Shown: piece after piece, positions 39,899 through 51,000 of the stretch | Position numbering within the stretch: the stretch's first letter is position 1 | Layout: every line of letters begins with the position of its first letter | From: an uncultured Candidatus Rokubacteria bacterium | GTDB lineage: Bacteria; Methylomirabilota; Methylomirabilia; Rokubacteriales; DASRDR01 | Reading direction: 5' to 3' | DNA: 64,000 nucleotides | Assembly (NCBI GenBank): GCA_963805625.1 | Contig: CAWDVE010000013.1 | Location: 256,001 to 320,000, forward strand | Made by a program: the position numbers and the translations under genes | The notes under the pieces: model-generated | Database searches by the model: none | Seen by the model: only the letters and a program-made list of their open reading frames with translations | Told to the model about the DNA's origin: nothing

Positions 39899-40771
39899 AT
39901 GGCGGACGACAGGTACGACCGGACGACCCAGGACGTCGGCAACATCGTGGCGCTGGAGCACGTCAACGTCAAGATTCCCGACCAACAGCTCGCCACCCTC
40001 TTCTACGTCGTGGGCCTCGGGCTCACCCGCGACCCGTACCTCATGACCGGCCTCGAGAACATGTGGGTGAACGCGGGGCAGCAGCAGTTCCACCTGCCGA
40101 CCGGCATGCCCCAGGTGCTTCGAGGTGACGTGGGCCTGGTCATCCCCGACTTCGACGAGCTGCCGGGTCGCCTGGCCATGGTCAAGGGGCGGCTCGGGAC
40201 GACGCAGTTCGCCTATTCGGTGGAGGACAAGCACGTTCGCGTCGTCTCGCCCTGGGGCAACGTGATCCGCTGTCATCCGCCCGGTCCCTCCTTTGGAGAC
40301 ATGACGCTCGGCATGCCATACGTGGAGTTCTCCGTCGAGCAGGGCGCGGCGGACGGCATCGCGCGCTTCTACCGGGATGGATTGGGCGCGCCGGCGGTGG
40401 TGGCGCGAAACGGTGGCGGCGGGGTGGCGCGGGTCACCGTGGGACCCCACCAGGAGCTGATCTTTCGCGAGACGCCGGAGGCGATCCCGCCCTACGACGG
40501 GCACCACATCCAGATCTACATCACGAGCTTCTCCGGCCCGCACCGATGGCTCGCCGAGCGGGGCCTCATCACCGAGGAGAGCAGCTGGTACCAGTACCGG
40601 TTCCAGGACATCGTCGATCCCGATACCGGTCGGGTACTCTTCACGATCGAGCACGAGGTCCGGAGTCTCCGCAGCCCGCTCTACCTCCGCCCGCTGGTCA
40701 ACCGGAATGTCGCCCAGCGGCAGCCCACCTACCAGCGCGGGCGCGACGCCTTCGTGCCTGGAATGAGCTAG
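39899..40771 (+). CDS. VOC/glyoxalase-like hypothetical protein
   Basis: 'LEHVN...PDQ..A..FY..GLG', 'QFHLP', second repeat 'IARFY...LG', 'GHHI.IY'. Confidence 0.7.
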   Translation: MADDRYDRTTQDVGNIVALEHVNVKIPDQQLATLFYVVGLGLTRDPYLMTGLENMWVNAGQQQFHLPTGMPQVLRGDVGLVIPDFDELPGRLAMVKGRLGTTQFAYSVEDKHVRVVSPWGNVIRCHPPGPSFGDMTLGMPYVEFSVEQGAADGIARFYRDGLGAPAVVARNGGGGVARVTVGPHQELIFRETPEAIPPYDGHHIQIYITSFSGPHRWLAERGLITEESSWYQYRFQDIVDPDTGRVLFTIEHEVRSLRSPLYLRPLVNRNVAQRQPTYQRGRDAFVPGMS

Positions 40772-40926
40772 CACGGGCTCGGGAAAGGCTCGCCCAGCCG
40801 GCCGGCGGCATCACGCTCGACACCTCACGATCGTTCCGTTTCCAGCGGCACTACATCTAGCTCGCCGGGATCGACGGCCACCATGTTGCCCCATGGCTCC
40901 TAGATGAAACGTGAGGCGATCGAGCA

Positions 40927-41847
40927 GTGAGACATGAGCTGAGGTTCCAGGTCCTCATCTTGCCGAACACGTCCTGGGCCGAGATCCTGAGTCGCTTCAG
41001 GCATGTCGAGGACCTGGGGTTCGATCTGGCGACCACCGCCGACCACTTCGTCGACTGGAACAACCCGGCGGTGCCCTGGCTGGAGGCGTGGACCGTACTG
41101 GCCGCCGCGGCGCGCGAGACGACGCGGATTCGGCTCGCGACCTACGTCAGCCAGATCCCGCTCCGCAACCCCGCGATGCTGGCGCGCCAGGCGCTCACCG
41201 TGGATCACATCTCCGGTGGGCGGCTGGAGGTCGGCCTCGGCACCGGCCTGGCCATCGATCCGGCCTACGAGATGATCGGTATCCCCAACTGGGAGTCGAG
41301 GGAGCGTGTGGCGCGCTTCAAGGAGTACGTGCAGATCGTCGATCGGCTACTCTCGCACGAGAAATCCAGCTTCGAGGGCAGCTACTATCGCGTGAAGGAC
41401 GCGGCGATGAATCCCCGCCCCGTGCAGCGGCCGAGGCCGCCGATCGTCATCGCCGCGCTCGGGCCGGCGATGCTGCGGCACGCCGCGCGCTACGCCGACA
41501 ACTGGAACAGCCTGAGCTTCGCCGCCAGCTTCGAGAAGCAGCTCGCCGAGACGGCCGAGCGCATCGCGCGGATCGACGACGCTTGCGCCGCCATCGGCCG
41601 CGATCCGTCGTCGCTCCGGCGATCCTACCTGATGTTCGACCCCGCATCGCGGGCCACCGGTGGCCGCATCGCCTACTACGAGTCCGAAGATCTCTTCGTC
41701 GACATGGTGGGCCGCATCAGGGAGCTCGGCATCTCCGAGCTCGGCCTCTACTACCCCGTCCTGGGGGCGCAACGGCCGATGTTCGAGAAGATCGCGCGCG
41801 ACATCATTCCGAAGATGAAGGCCCCTGAGGCGTTCGTGACGGGATGA
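40927..41847 (+). CDS. LLM class oxidoreductase (F420/flavin-dependent type)
   Basis: 'GFD....ADH', 'EAW..LAA.A..T..IRL', 'RNPAMLA.QA.TVDHISGGRL..GLG.G', 'P.PVQ.PRPP', 'AARYAD.WN'. Confidence 0.88.
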   Translation: MRHELRFQVLILPNTSWAEILSRFRHVEDLGFDLATTADHFVDWNNPAVPWLEAWTVLAAAARETTRIRLATYVSQIPLRNPAMLARQALTVDHISGGRLEVGLGTGLAIDPAYEMIGIPNWESRERVARFKEYVQIVDRLLSHEKSSFEGSYYRVKDAAMNPRPVQRPRPPIVIAALGPAMLRHAARYADNWNSLSFAASFEKQLAETAERIARIDDACAAIGRDPSSLRRSYLMFDPASRATGGRIAYYESEDLFVDMVGRIRELGISELGLYYPVLGAQRPMFEKIARDIIPKMKAPEAFVTG

Positions 41848-41924
41848 GCTGGACCAGGCCCGCCTGTCCCGGTTGACCGGAAAGTTCTAGCCCTGAACCA
41901 CTCAAGCCACGATCGATGCCATCC

Positions 41925-42944
41925 CTACTGGAAGATCTCGTTGAACCGATCCTTCAGGTTCTTCGTCTCCTTCTCGATGGCGTCGTAGTCGATCGGCCAC
42001 AGTTTCACCTGGCTCAGTGGCGGGTTGCCGGGTGGGGGTGGCACGTCCACCCGCGCTGCATAGATGCCCTCGTCCGGGAAAAGCTTCTGGACCGAGTCGC
42101 CGATCATGAACTCGGCGAAGGCCTTTGCGGCGTTGGGATGAGGCGAGCCCTTGATGACGGCCGTGGGGGCCGCGACGGCGAACGCCCCGTCGGCCGGGAT
42201 GACGGTCCGGATCTTGTGCCCGGCCTTCTGGTCCACCCACGCGTACTGGTCGGCCCCCTCGGCGGCGATGAGCCGCTCACCCCGGGTCAGCACCTCCGAG
42301 ACCTGCTGGTGCCCCTGGACGACCATGACGTCGTTGGCGCGCAGCTTCTGGTAGAACTCCCACCCGTACTTGCGGGACAGCGTGCCCACCACCATGAGCT
42401 GGATCGCCGTGTACGAGGGGTCCGGCATGACGAGCACGCCCTTGTACTTCGGGTCGGTCAGATCCAGCCAGTTCTTCGGAGCCTCGAGTCCCTTGTCGGT
42501 CCGCATGATGATGGCCGCGAGGTTCACGCGCTGGGCGATGTGCTGGCCCTTCGGGTCCTTGACCGCATCGGGGATCTTGTCGAAGTTCTTCGGACGGAAC
42601 GGGACCAGCAGGTCGCGCTTGGCGAGCCCGTTGACCTCCGCGGGGTCGGACACGGTCAGCACGTCGGCCAGCACCCGCTTGGCGTCGATCTCCTGCAAGA
42701 AGCGCCGGAGGACGGCCGACCCACCGGACCGGAAGAGCTCGACCTTGATCCCCGTCTCGGCCTGGAAGAGGTTGGCGACCTTCTGCGCCGCGACGATCGG
42801 CGTCGAGGTGTACCAGCTGACCACCCCCTCGCGCTTGGCGGCCGCGAGGTCCACGGCGTCCGGGGTGAACCCGGCCGACTGGGCCGCGGCGCCGGTCGCG
42901 AGCAAGAGCAAGACGGCGCCCGCAAACCATCGAGTCCCGTGCAT
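41925..42944 (-). CDS. ABC transporter substrate-binding protein (Fe3+/thiamine/phosphonate-type cluster)
   Basis: Signal peptide; 'AAKREG.V.WYTS', 'PKNW.DL.DP.YKG', 'PHPNAAK.F.EF'. Confidence 0.85.
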   Translation of the reverse strand: MHGTRWFAGAVLLLLATGAAAQSAGFTPDAVDLAAAKREGVVSWYTSTPIVAAQKVANLFQAETGIKVELFRSGGSAVLRRFLQEIDAKRVLADVLTVSDPAEVNGLAKRDLLVPFRPKNFDKIPDAVKDPKGQHIAQRVNLAAIIMRTDKGLEAPKNWLDLTDPKYKGVLVMPDPSYTAIQLMVVGTLSRKYGWEFYQKLRANDVMVVQGHQQVSEVLTRGERLIAAEGADQYAWVDQKAGHKIRTVIPADGAFAVAAPTAVIKGSPHPNAAKAFAEFMIGDSVQKLFPDEGIYAARVDVPPPPGNPPLSQVKLWPIDYDAIEKETKNLKDRFNEIFQ

Positions 42945-42955
42945 GGCTGCCTCCC

Positions 42956-43873
42956 TCAGGCCCCCCGGTAGATCGGGGCCGGCTGGCTGAAGAACGCCTC
43001 GAGAATATGGTACGGGATGCGGAAGTTCTTCTGGTGGAAGCTCGCATGGGCGATGCCCGGCATGACAGCGAACTGCTTGTCGGGGTTCGGAAGGCGCCGG
43101 AAGAACTCCAGGAGGTCGTCGAGCCCGGCGATGCCGTCGTACTGTCCCCGCATGATGATCGTGGGCGCGGTGATCAGCGCGGGATCGACTACCGGCAAGT
43201 TGGCGCACATGTCGACGTACGTGCCCGTCGGGACCGAATCGTCGAGGGCGAGAATCGCGTCCGCGAACGCCTCGATCACCTCGTCGTCGGCCGTGCCCGG
43301 ATGATCCCGTGTGAAGATGCTGCGCACGAAGGCGCGGTCGATCGGGCGCCGGTTCTTCGACCGGAACTCGGGGAGCCGCTTGCGCCGCTCCACGAGCGTC
43401 GGACTCCCCTCACCTGTCCAGACGAAGGCGTCGAGCGCGAGGCGCTGGACGCGCTCCGGATGGCGCTGGGCGAACAGGGCGGCGCGGAGAGCCCCCGACG
43501 AGATGCCGTACGTCAGGTAGGCACTCACGCCACGGGTGCGGGCGATGTAGTCCGTCGCGACCGCGAGGTCGTCGGCGCCGGTCGCGATGTCGGAGTTGAT
43601 GTCGCGGTGCTTGTCCGACCGTCCGTAGCCCTCCATGTCGACGCACCACGTGTCGTAGCCGAGCCGGGCGAAATGGTCCATCGCCGAGGAGTCAGGCCGC
43701 CCCGGGACCTGGAGGTCGAAGGTCGGCTGGGAGCCCATCGAGGAGCCGTGGACGAAGAGTATCGTCCCTCGCGGCTCCGTCGATCCGACGGCGGCCTTCT
43801 CCCAGAGAAACAGGCGCACCGGCCCCTTGTGGGTCCAGTGCTCGCGTCCGAGAACGGCGGGCTCGGCAGTCAT
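42956..43873 (-). CDS. Alpha/beta fold hydrolase
   Basis: 'FVHGS', 'D.EGYGRS', nucleophile elbow 'GISSG', 'RG.YD', 'AH'. Confidence 0.82.
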   Translation of the reverse strand: MTAEPAVLGREHWTHKGPVRLFLWEKAAVGSTEPRGTILFVHGSSMGSQPTFDLQVPGRPDSSAMDHFARLGYDTWCVDMEGYGRSDKHRDINSDIATGADDLAVATDYIARTRGVSAYLTYGISSGALRAALFAQRHPERVQRLALDAFVWTGEGSPTLVERRKRLPEFRSKNRRPIDRAFVRSIFTRDHPGTADDEVIEAFADAILALDDSVPTGTYVDMCANLPVVDPALITAPTIIMRGQYDGIAGLDDLLEFFRRLPNPDKQFAVMPGIAHASFHQKNFRIPYHILEAFFSQPAPIYRGA

Positions 43874-43920
43874 CCGGCGGCTCCTTTCTTCGTCCCAGTC
43901 TCTGGAGTCTGGGAGGTCAT

Positions 43921-45009
43921 TTAGGCTTCGAACACGGTGCAGGCGTGAGGGTCGAAGTTGATCCGTAGCGCCTGGCCGACCTGAAGTGGCGCTTCCGGAT
44001 CGGCCTGGACGCGGACGCGCGTCCCATCCTCCAGCACCAGGTGACAGTCGATGAGGTTACCGAGAAACGTCAGCTCGGCCACCTTGCCCCGCAACACGCC
44101 GGCGCCGGCGGCCGCAGCGACCGCCCCGTCGAGGGCCAGGCGAAGGCTCTCGGGGCGAATCGCCACCTGAACCTCCGCCCCCGCTTCCAGGATGGCTGCC
44201 AGGGAGACCCGGACGGGCTCGCTTCCTGCGACCGAGACCAGGCTGTCGTCGACCGCCGCGCGCACGACCCGCCCCGGGAGCAAGTTGACCAGGCCCATGA
44301 AGTCCGCCACATCGCGGCTGGCCGGCCGCGCGTAGACGTCGCGCGGTGGGCCGTCCTGGAGGAGCGAACCGCCGTGAAGCACCGCGATCCGATCGGACAG
44401 CGCCATTGCCTCGGCCTGGTCGTGGGTGACGTACACGAAGGTGATGCCGGTCCGTCGCTGGAGCTCCTTGAGCTCCCAGCGCATTCGCTCGCGGAGCTTC
44501 GCGTCGAGATTCGACAGGGGCTCGTCCAGCAGGAGGATCTTTGGCTCGACCACCAGGCTCCGGGCCAGCGCCACGCGCTGCTGCTGGCCGCCGGAGAGCT
44601 CGCTCGGGAATCGCTGCTCGAGCCCCTCGAGGTTCACGAGCTCGAGCACCCGCCCGACGCGCTCGCGGGCGTTCGCCCGAGGGATCCGCCGGACCTCGAG
44701 ACCAAACGCAACGTTCTCGTACACGGTCTTGTGGGGCCAGATCGCGTAGTTCTGGAAGACCATCCCCATTCCACGCCGCTCAGGCGGGACGACGGCGTCC
44801 GCTGAGGAGAGGGTCAGGCCGTCGACCCGGATGACCCCCGCATCGGGCTTGAGGAAGCCGGCGATGAGCCGGAGGAGCGTCGTCTTGCCACAGCCGCTCG
44901 GGCCGAGCAGGGTCAGGAACTCGCGGTCGCGAACCTCGAGGCTCAGCTCGCGCACGGCGGCCACGGGACCGTATCGCTTCGACACGCGCTCGATCGAGAT
45001 GCCGGCCAT
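43921..45009 (-). CDS. ABC transporter ATP-binding protein (FbpC/PotA type with TOBE domain)
   Basis: Walker A GPSGCGKT, signature LSGGQQQR, Walker B LLLDEP, 'VTHDQ.EA'. Confidence 0.93.
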   Translation of the reverse strand: MAGISIERVSKRYGPVAAVRELSLEVRDREFLTLLGPSGCGKTTLLRLIAGFLKPDAGVIRVDGLTLSSADAVVPPERRGMGMVFQNYAIWPHKTVYENVAFGLEVRRIPRANARERVGRVLELVNLEGLEQRFPSELSGGQQQRVALARSLVVEPKILLLDEPLSNLDAKLRERMRWELKELQRRTGITFVYVTHDQAEAMALSDRIAVLHGGSLLQDGPPRDVYARPASRDVADFMGLVNLLPGRVVRAAVDDSLVSVAGSEPVRVSLAAILEAGAEVQVAIRPESLRLALDGAVAAAAGAGVLRGKVAELTFLGNLIDCHLVLEDGTRVRVQADPEAPLQVGQALRINFDPHACTVFEA

Positions 45010-45026
45010 GGTTCAGGGAGGTTGGG

Positions 45027-46745
45027 CTAATGCACCACGCCCGCGCGCTCGAGGCGAGCACCGGCACGACCCAGCCGCGTCGCGAGCCAGATGGCGGCGC
45101 CGATGATCACCATCGTCACGATGGCGAGGGCCGCCACCGGCCCGAGGTACCCCGTCTCGTAGAGGTTGTACACCGCCACCGCCAGCGTCATGGAGCCGGA
45201 GCTGAAGAGGAGGACCGAAGCACTCAGCTCCTGGATGGCCGGCACGAACACGAGAAGCCACCCGGCGAAGAGCCCGGGGCGTGCCAGCGGGAGCGTGATG
45301 CTCCCGAATGTCCGGAGCCAGCCCGCCCCGGTCACCCGCGCCGTCTCCTCGAGCGAGGTGTCGACCTGGCGGAACGCGGCGTTGGCTGACCGCGTCGCGA
45401 GCGGGACGTAGCGGGCGCTGTAGGCCAGAAGGATGATGAGCAGCGTGCCGTATATGGGGACCGGTACCCGGAGCCAGAACTGGATCAGCGCCACCGCCAT
45501 CACAATGCCCGGCAGCCCGAGCGGCACGAGCGACACGTAGTCGAGCAGCTTCCGGCCGGGCAGCCGCGTCCGGAGGTCGCCCCAGGCGATCAGGCTTCCG
45601 AGGAGCACCGTCAGCGTCGCGGCCGCCGCGGCGAGCATGAGGCTGTTCACGATCGCCCGCCGGGTGACGTCGTACTCGAAGAGGATGAAGCGGTAGTGCT
45701 GCAGGGTCAGGTTCTGCCAGAAGTCGAGCCCCCACGACCGGCTCACGGAAACGGCCAGGAGCGTGAGGTACGGCGCGAGCACGGCCACGACGAAGACTCC
45801 GATGCAGAACGCGAAGGCTCCCCAGCGGGCCCCGCCGAGCGGGACGACCTGCGGCCGGTTGCCCTTACCGCCAAGGGTGACGTACGAGCGCCGGGCCAGG
45901 TAGCGGCGCTGGAGCGCGAGCGCCACGACCGTGATCGCGACGAAGACCAGCGAAAGGGCTGACGCCAATCCGTAGCGCGGCGGGTGGTCGAAGAGCGCGT
46001 AGATCCGCGTGGGCAGGGTGAAGATGCGCCCGGGCAGCCCGATGATCGCCTGGGAGCCGAAGAGCGCGATCGCGTTGACGAAGGCCACCAGGGCGCCAGC
46101 CAGGATCGCGGGGGCCACGAGCGGCAGGGTGACGGCGCGCGCGGTCCGCCAGCGTCCCGCCCCCAGGATCCGGGCCGACTCCTCCATCGACGCGTCGACG
46201 GACTCGAGCGCGCTGGCCGCCAGCAGGTACACGAACGGGAACGTGTGCAGCACGGTGACGAGGACCAGCCCGGCCATCGAGTGGATGTTGAACGTGAGCT
46301 GAGGCAGGCCCAGCACGTCACGGACCCACTGGTTGACGAGCCCTGCATTCGGGCTGAAGAGATTCACGAACGCGATCGCGGTGAGATAGGGCGGCGTGAG
46401 GTACGCGACTGTCGCCGTGGCGTGGATGAACGGCTTCGCCGGCACATCGGTGCGGCTCACCGCCCAGGCCATCGGCAGTCCGACGGCCACGCTCAGGAGC
46501 GCCGTCCAGGCGCCCAGGATCAGCGAGTTCTTGAGGGCCTGGACGTAGAGTCGCCGGGACAGGGCCTCGCGGAAGTGGCCGAGGCTCAGTCGCCCTTCCT
46601 CGGTGACACTCGCAAAGAGCAAGGAGATCAGCGGCAGGACGACGAGGATAGCGAGGGCGACCACGGCCACGGCCATCGCGACGTGCTCGCCTCGAACCGG
46701 CCACCGGACGGCCAGGGACGCCGGTGACGCGACAGCGCGGCTCAC
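45027..46745 (-). CDS. ABC transporter permease (FbpB type, duplicated domain)
   Basis: Two EAA loops ('MEESARILGA', 'LEETARVTGA'), about 12 TMs. Confidence 0.9.
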   Translation of the reverse strand: MSRAVASPASLAVRWPVRGEHVAMAVAVVALAILVVLPLISLLFASVTEEGRLSLGHFREALSRRLYVQALKNSLILGAWTALLSVAVGLPMAWAVSRTDVPAKPFIHATATVAYLTPPYLTAIAFVNLFSPNAGLVNQWVRDVLGLPQLTFNIHSMAGLVLVTVLHTFPFVYLLAASALESVDASMEESARILGAGRWRTARAVTLPLVAPAILAGALVAFVNAIALFGSQAIIGLPGRIFTLPTRIYALFDHPPRYGLASALSLVFVAITVVALALQRRYLARRSYVTLGGKGNRPQVVPLGGARWGAFAFCIGVFVVAVLAPYLTLLAVSVSRSWGLDFWQNLTLQHYRFILFEYDVTRRAIVNSLMLAAAAATLTVLLGSLIAWGDLRTRLPGRKLLDYVSLVPLGLPGIVMAVALIQFWLRVPVPIYGTLLIILLAYSARYVPLATRSANAAFRQVDTSLEETARVTGAGWLRTFGSITLPLARPGLFAGWLLVFVPAIQELSASVLLFSSGSMTLAVAVYNLYETGYLGPVAALAIVTMVIIGAAIWLATRLGRAGARLERAGVVH

Positions 46746-46805
46746 GACAGATCCCTCGGACCCACTCCTGCCGGGTGCCGCGTCACACCGGGCCCCCGCG
46801 GGACC

Positions 46806-47792
46806 TCAGATGTAGACCCCCTTCATCTGGGGCTCCGGGTATCGTGTGCCCGCGCCGGCGCCCGGCGGCATCGCCTCGTCGATCCGGCGGAGGTCGTCGG
46901 CGTCGAGATGGACACGGATGGCGCCCACGTTCTCCTCGAGGCGATCGACGCGCTTCGTGCCGGGGATGGGGACGACATCCCGTCCGCGGGCCAGGAGCCA
47001 CGCGAGCGCGAGCTGGGCGGGAGTCGCGCCCTTGGCCCGCGCAATCTCGGCCAGGCGCCGCACCAGCCGCGCGTTGTGCTCGAGATTGGGCCCCTGGAAC
47101 CGTGGGTGCTGGCGTCTGCGGTCGTCGGCGGGGATGTCGTCGGACCGCTCGACGCCCCCCGCGAGCAAGCTCCGCCCGAGCGGCGAGTACGCGACGAACG
47201 CGATCCCGAGCTCTCGGCAGACCGCGAGGGCGTCCTCCGCCGGCTCCCGGTACAGGAGCGAGTACTCCATCTGCAACGCGGCGATCGGGTGGACGGCGTG
47301 CGCCCGACGGAGGGTGGCCGGGGCCGTCTCGCACAGCCCGAGAGCCCGGATCTTGCCCTCCTCGCGAAGCCGTGCCATCGCGCCCACCGTCTCCTCGATC
47401 GAGACCTTGGGGTCCACGCGGTGCTGGTAGTAGAGGTCAATCGTGTCGACACCGAGTCGCTTCAGGCTTGCCTCGCAGGCGCTCCGGACGTATGCCGCGC
47501 TCCCATCCACGAGGTTGCCGGCGCCGTCCGGGCTCCGCACCTGCCCGAACTTGGTGGCGATGACGACGCCACCCCGGCGGCCGGCGAGCGCCTGTCGGAG
47601 GAGCTCCTCGTTGTGCCCCCACCCGTACATGTCGGAGGAGTCCAGGAAGTCGATGCCGAGATCGAGGGCGCGGTGAATCACCGCGATCGATCCCGCGTCG
47701 TCGCTCTTTCCGTAGGTCCCGGACATCGACATGCAGCCGAGTCCGATCGCCGACACCCTCAATGCGCCGTGCCCGAGCAGCCGGTATTCCAT
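46806..47792 (-). CDS. Aldo/keto reductase
   Basis: 'GLGCMSMS', 'D..D.YG', 'IATKFG', '[10 protein letters not shown]', 'YSPLGR', 'PIPGTK'. Confidence 0.93.
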   Translation of the reverse strand: MEYRLLGHGALRVSAIGLGCMSMSGTYGKSDDAGSIAVIHRALDLGIDFLDSSDMYGWGHNEELLRQALAGRRGGVVIATKFGQVRSPDGAGNLVDGSAAYVRSACEASLKRLGVDTIDLYYQHRVDPKVSIEETVGAMARLREEGKIRALGLCETAPATLRRAHAVHPIAALQMEYSLLYREPAEDALAVCRELGIAFVAYSPLGRSLLAGGVERSDDIPADDRRRQHPRFQGPNLEHNARLVRRLAEIARAKGATPAQLALAWLLARGRDVVPIPGTKRVDRLEENVGAIRVHLDADDLRRIDEAMPPGAGAGTRYPEPQMKGVYI

Positions 47793-48063
47793 TCAGCGGT
47801 CCCCCATGTTCGTTCGAAAGCGGCGTCTCAGCCTACTCGAACTGCGCGAGGGAGATCAAGGACGAGGCCGGGCGCCGCGCACGCGGCCATCGACCGGATC
47901 ACGCCCTCGGACGCCGGTCGAGAAGAGCACCCGACCCATGCGCCCGGTCGCAGCTCACCCTGAGGCGACGATCGGGAAGCCTTCCGTGTTCTGGGAGCGC
48001 GAGCGACGGGAGGCGGCGGGCCGGCGATCGGCGTGGACGCGCCGGGCGATCCGCGTGCGGCGC

Positions 48064-51000
48064 TCAGGTGCCCTGGAGCACCCCGGCGAGCGCCTCGGCC
48101 ACAGCCTTGCGGATGTCCTCGATGCGGTAGGGCTTGGCCACCACCCCGACCACGCCAGAGGCCCTGACCCGGTCGGGGTCGAGCTGGTGCCCCCAGCCGG
48201 TCACGAGGATCACGGGCAGCCCCGGGTGGAGGGCTCGGGCCTGAGCCGCCAGCTCCCAGCCCGAGAGCACCGGCATGCCGAGGTCGGTGAACAGGAGGTC
48301 GGGGGGATCGGTGCCCACACGAGCCAGCGCCGCGCGCGCATCCGTCATGACCTCCACGACATGCCCCCCCTCGAGGCGAAGGATGTCCGCCAGCATCTGG
48401 GCAAGCACCTCCTCGTCGTCGACCACGAGGATGCGCACGCTGCCGGTCTCGACGGGTCCCGGCTCCTGCACCGGCACCGCGGGCCGCCCGCAGAAGACGG
48501 GCAGATGCAGCGTGACCGTCGTCCCCACGTTTTCGCGGCTGTCGATCCGGACCCGGCCACCGTGGCGCGAGACGATGCCGTACACGACCGACAGCCCGAG
48601 TCCCGTGCCCCGGGCCCCCTTGGTCGTGAAGAAGGGGTCGAAGGCGCGCCGCCGGACCTCCGCGGACATCCCGACGCCGGTGTCGCGCACGAAGCACTCG
48701 ACCGCCTGGCCGTCCTCCGCCTCGAGCGAGCGCACGCCGAGGGTCACGGTCCCGCCGGCTGGCATCGCGTCCAGCGCGTTCAGGAGCACGTTCAGGAACA
48801 CCTCGCGCAGCTCCGCGGCATTGCCCCGGACCGGCGGCACCGGCTCCAGAGCGAGCGCCACGTTGATGAAAGCGCCGCGCGCTTGCGCCTCGTCCTTCCA
48901 GCGCGGACGAGCGATCTCCACGACCTGCTGCAGCAACTCTGCGATCTCGACCGGCTCCGCCTGCTCCTCGCCCTTGGCGCGTGCGAACCCCAGGATCCGG
49001 CGCACCGTCTCCGCCCCGTCCAGGGCTGCCCCCTGGATGATCTTGAGGCCCTGCACGACCTGGGGATCCGATGTCCGCCGCTGCAGGAGCTCAGCCCTTC
49101 CGAGGATGGCCGCGAGGAGATTGTTGAAGTCGTGGGCAACACCGCCCGCCATCTGCCCCAGGGCTCCCAGCTTGGCCGTCTGGACCGCCTGCTCCTGCGC
49201 GGCCTCGAGCTGCGCGTAGGCGGACCGGAGGTCGGCATACAGCTTCGCGTTTCCGATGGCGATCGCCGCCTGCTGCGCCACGGCGCCGGCGAACCGGACC
49301 TCCTCGGGACTGAACTTGTACTCCTGCCGGATACAGATCCCGAGGATGCCCCAGACATCCTCACCGAGGATGACCGGGGCGGCCAGCACCGCGCGGATCC
49401 CCTCGGTGTTGAACAGAGCCAGCGCGTTGCGGCTCCCGCCGAAGCGCGGATCAGCCGGCAGGTCCGCCGTCCACACCGGCGTGCGTATCAGCGCCGCGTC
49501 ACCGGTGGGCTCCTCGCCGGACTTCAGTACGAGTGAAGTCTCGCGATCGGCAGACAGTCCGCGGGCGCGCACGTAGTGAAGGGTGTCGCCGTCCATCCGG
49601 AGGATGCTCACGGCATCGGCACCCATCGCCTCGGACACGCGCTCGACCACGAGGTCCAGCACCCGGTCGAGGTCAAGCGTCGCGGTCACGGACCGCCCGA
49701 TCTCCGCCAGGGCCTCGGCGCGCGCCCGGTGCCGTTCCGCCTCCGCCAGCAGCGCCTGCGTCTGACTGAAGAGCCGCGCGTTCTGGATGGCCGTCCCCAC
49801 CTCGAGGCCGATGCTGCCGAGGAGCCGAAGCTCGGTCTCGGTGAACTCCGGCTTCCGCTGACCGATCAGGACGACCGCACCCAGCCCCTGGCCCTTCGAC
49901 AGGATCGGGATCAACAGGACGCCCCCCACCGTCGTGCCTTCGGGAACCCGATCCCAGTACGGAGCGAGGTCGGTCGGCTCGTTCAGGAGCATGGGCTGCA
50001 GCAATCGAAGCGCCTGGCCGCTGTGGCCCTCGTCCATGCGCAAGGGAATCGGATTCGCCGCGTAGCTCGGTCTGAGACCCCGGTGCGCGACGAGGATCAG
50101 GTTGTCCCGCGACTCGTCCAGCAGCCGGATCCCACCGGCCGTGAAATCGAAGAGAGCCATCAAGCGGTCGAGGATGGCCTCGAGGCTCTCCCGCAGATCC
50201 AGCGACGTGTGAGCCGCCTGGATGATGGTATTGAGGACCTCGAGCTCCTGTCGCCGCCGCTGCGCTTCCTCGGTCCTTGCGCCCAGCTCGGCGTTCCGGC
50301 GAGCCAGGGACTCCGCCATGAGGTTGAACGAGCGGCCCAGATCGGCGACCTCGTCCGTCCCCTCGGCCGGCATGCGCAGACCGAAGTGCCCCTCCGCCAG
50401 CTGGGCGGTCGCCGCCTGGAGTCGCCGAACGCGCCGGCTGGCGCCCCGCGCGACCAGGACGACCGCCACCACGAGGACGACCGCACCGGCACTGCCGTAG
50501 ACCAGCGTGGACTGCGTGAGGGCCCGCACGGGACCTTCGATTTCAACGATCGGTGCAAGCACGCCGACCGACCAGCCGTGCGCGCCAACGACCGAGCGGA
50601 CCAGCAGTCCGTGGCCTCCATCGGCCAGGTCGACGACCTGAGGCTCGTTCGGACGAGTGCGCAGGATCGCCCCGAGCTCACCGGGCCCCTTCCAGAGCGC
50701 GGCCAGGCTCTCCGCCGCCCCCGGCGGGCCGAGAATGGCGCCGTTACCGTCCACGAGAAAGCTCGTCCCCGGACGCCCGGTCAGCGCACCCGCCAGTGTC
50801 GACGTGAAGTATGACAGCGGCAGGTCCACCATCATCACCCCACGGAATTCTTTCCATTCGTTGTAGACCGGCAGGGCCAGACGCAGGACGGTGATCTGCA
50901 AGGTGTCCGACTGCTCAACGGACACGGCAACGCCGGTGTCAGGCCGAAGTGCCTTGGCCCGCTGAAAGAAGGGCCTGCTCGCATAGCTGTGTACCGTTCC

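Noticed and set aside
40772-40926. Possible gene fragment (PAGGITLDTSRSFRFQRHYI*LAGIDGHH)
   Set aside because: Too short and not assignable without a search.
47800-48060. Coding-like intergenic stretch (FESGVSAYSNCAREIKDE..., PMRPVAAHPEATIGKPSVFWE...)
   Set aside because: Could be another remnant, but I cannot assign any family or a consistent frame.
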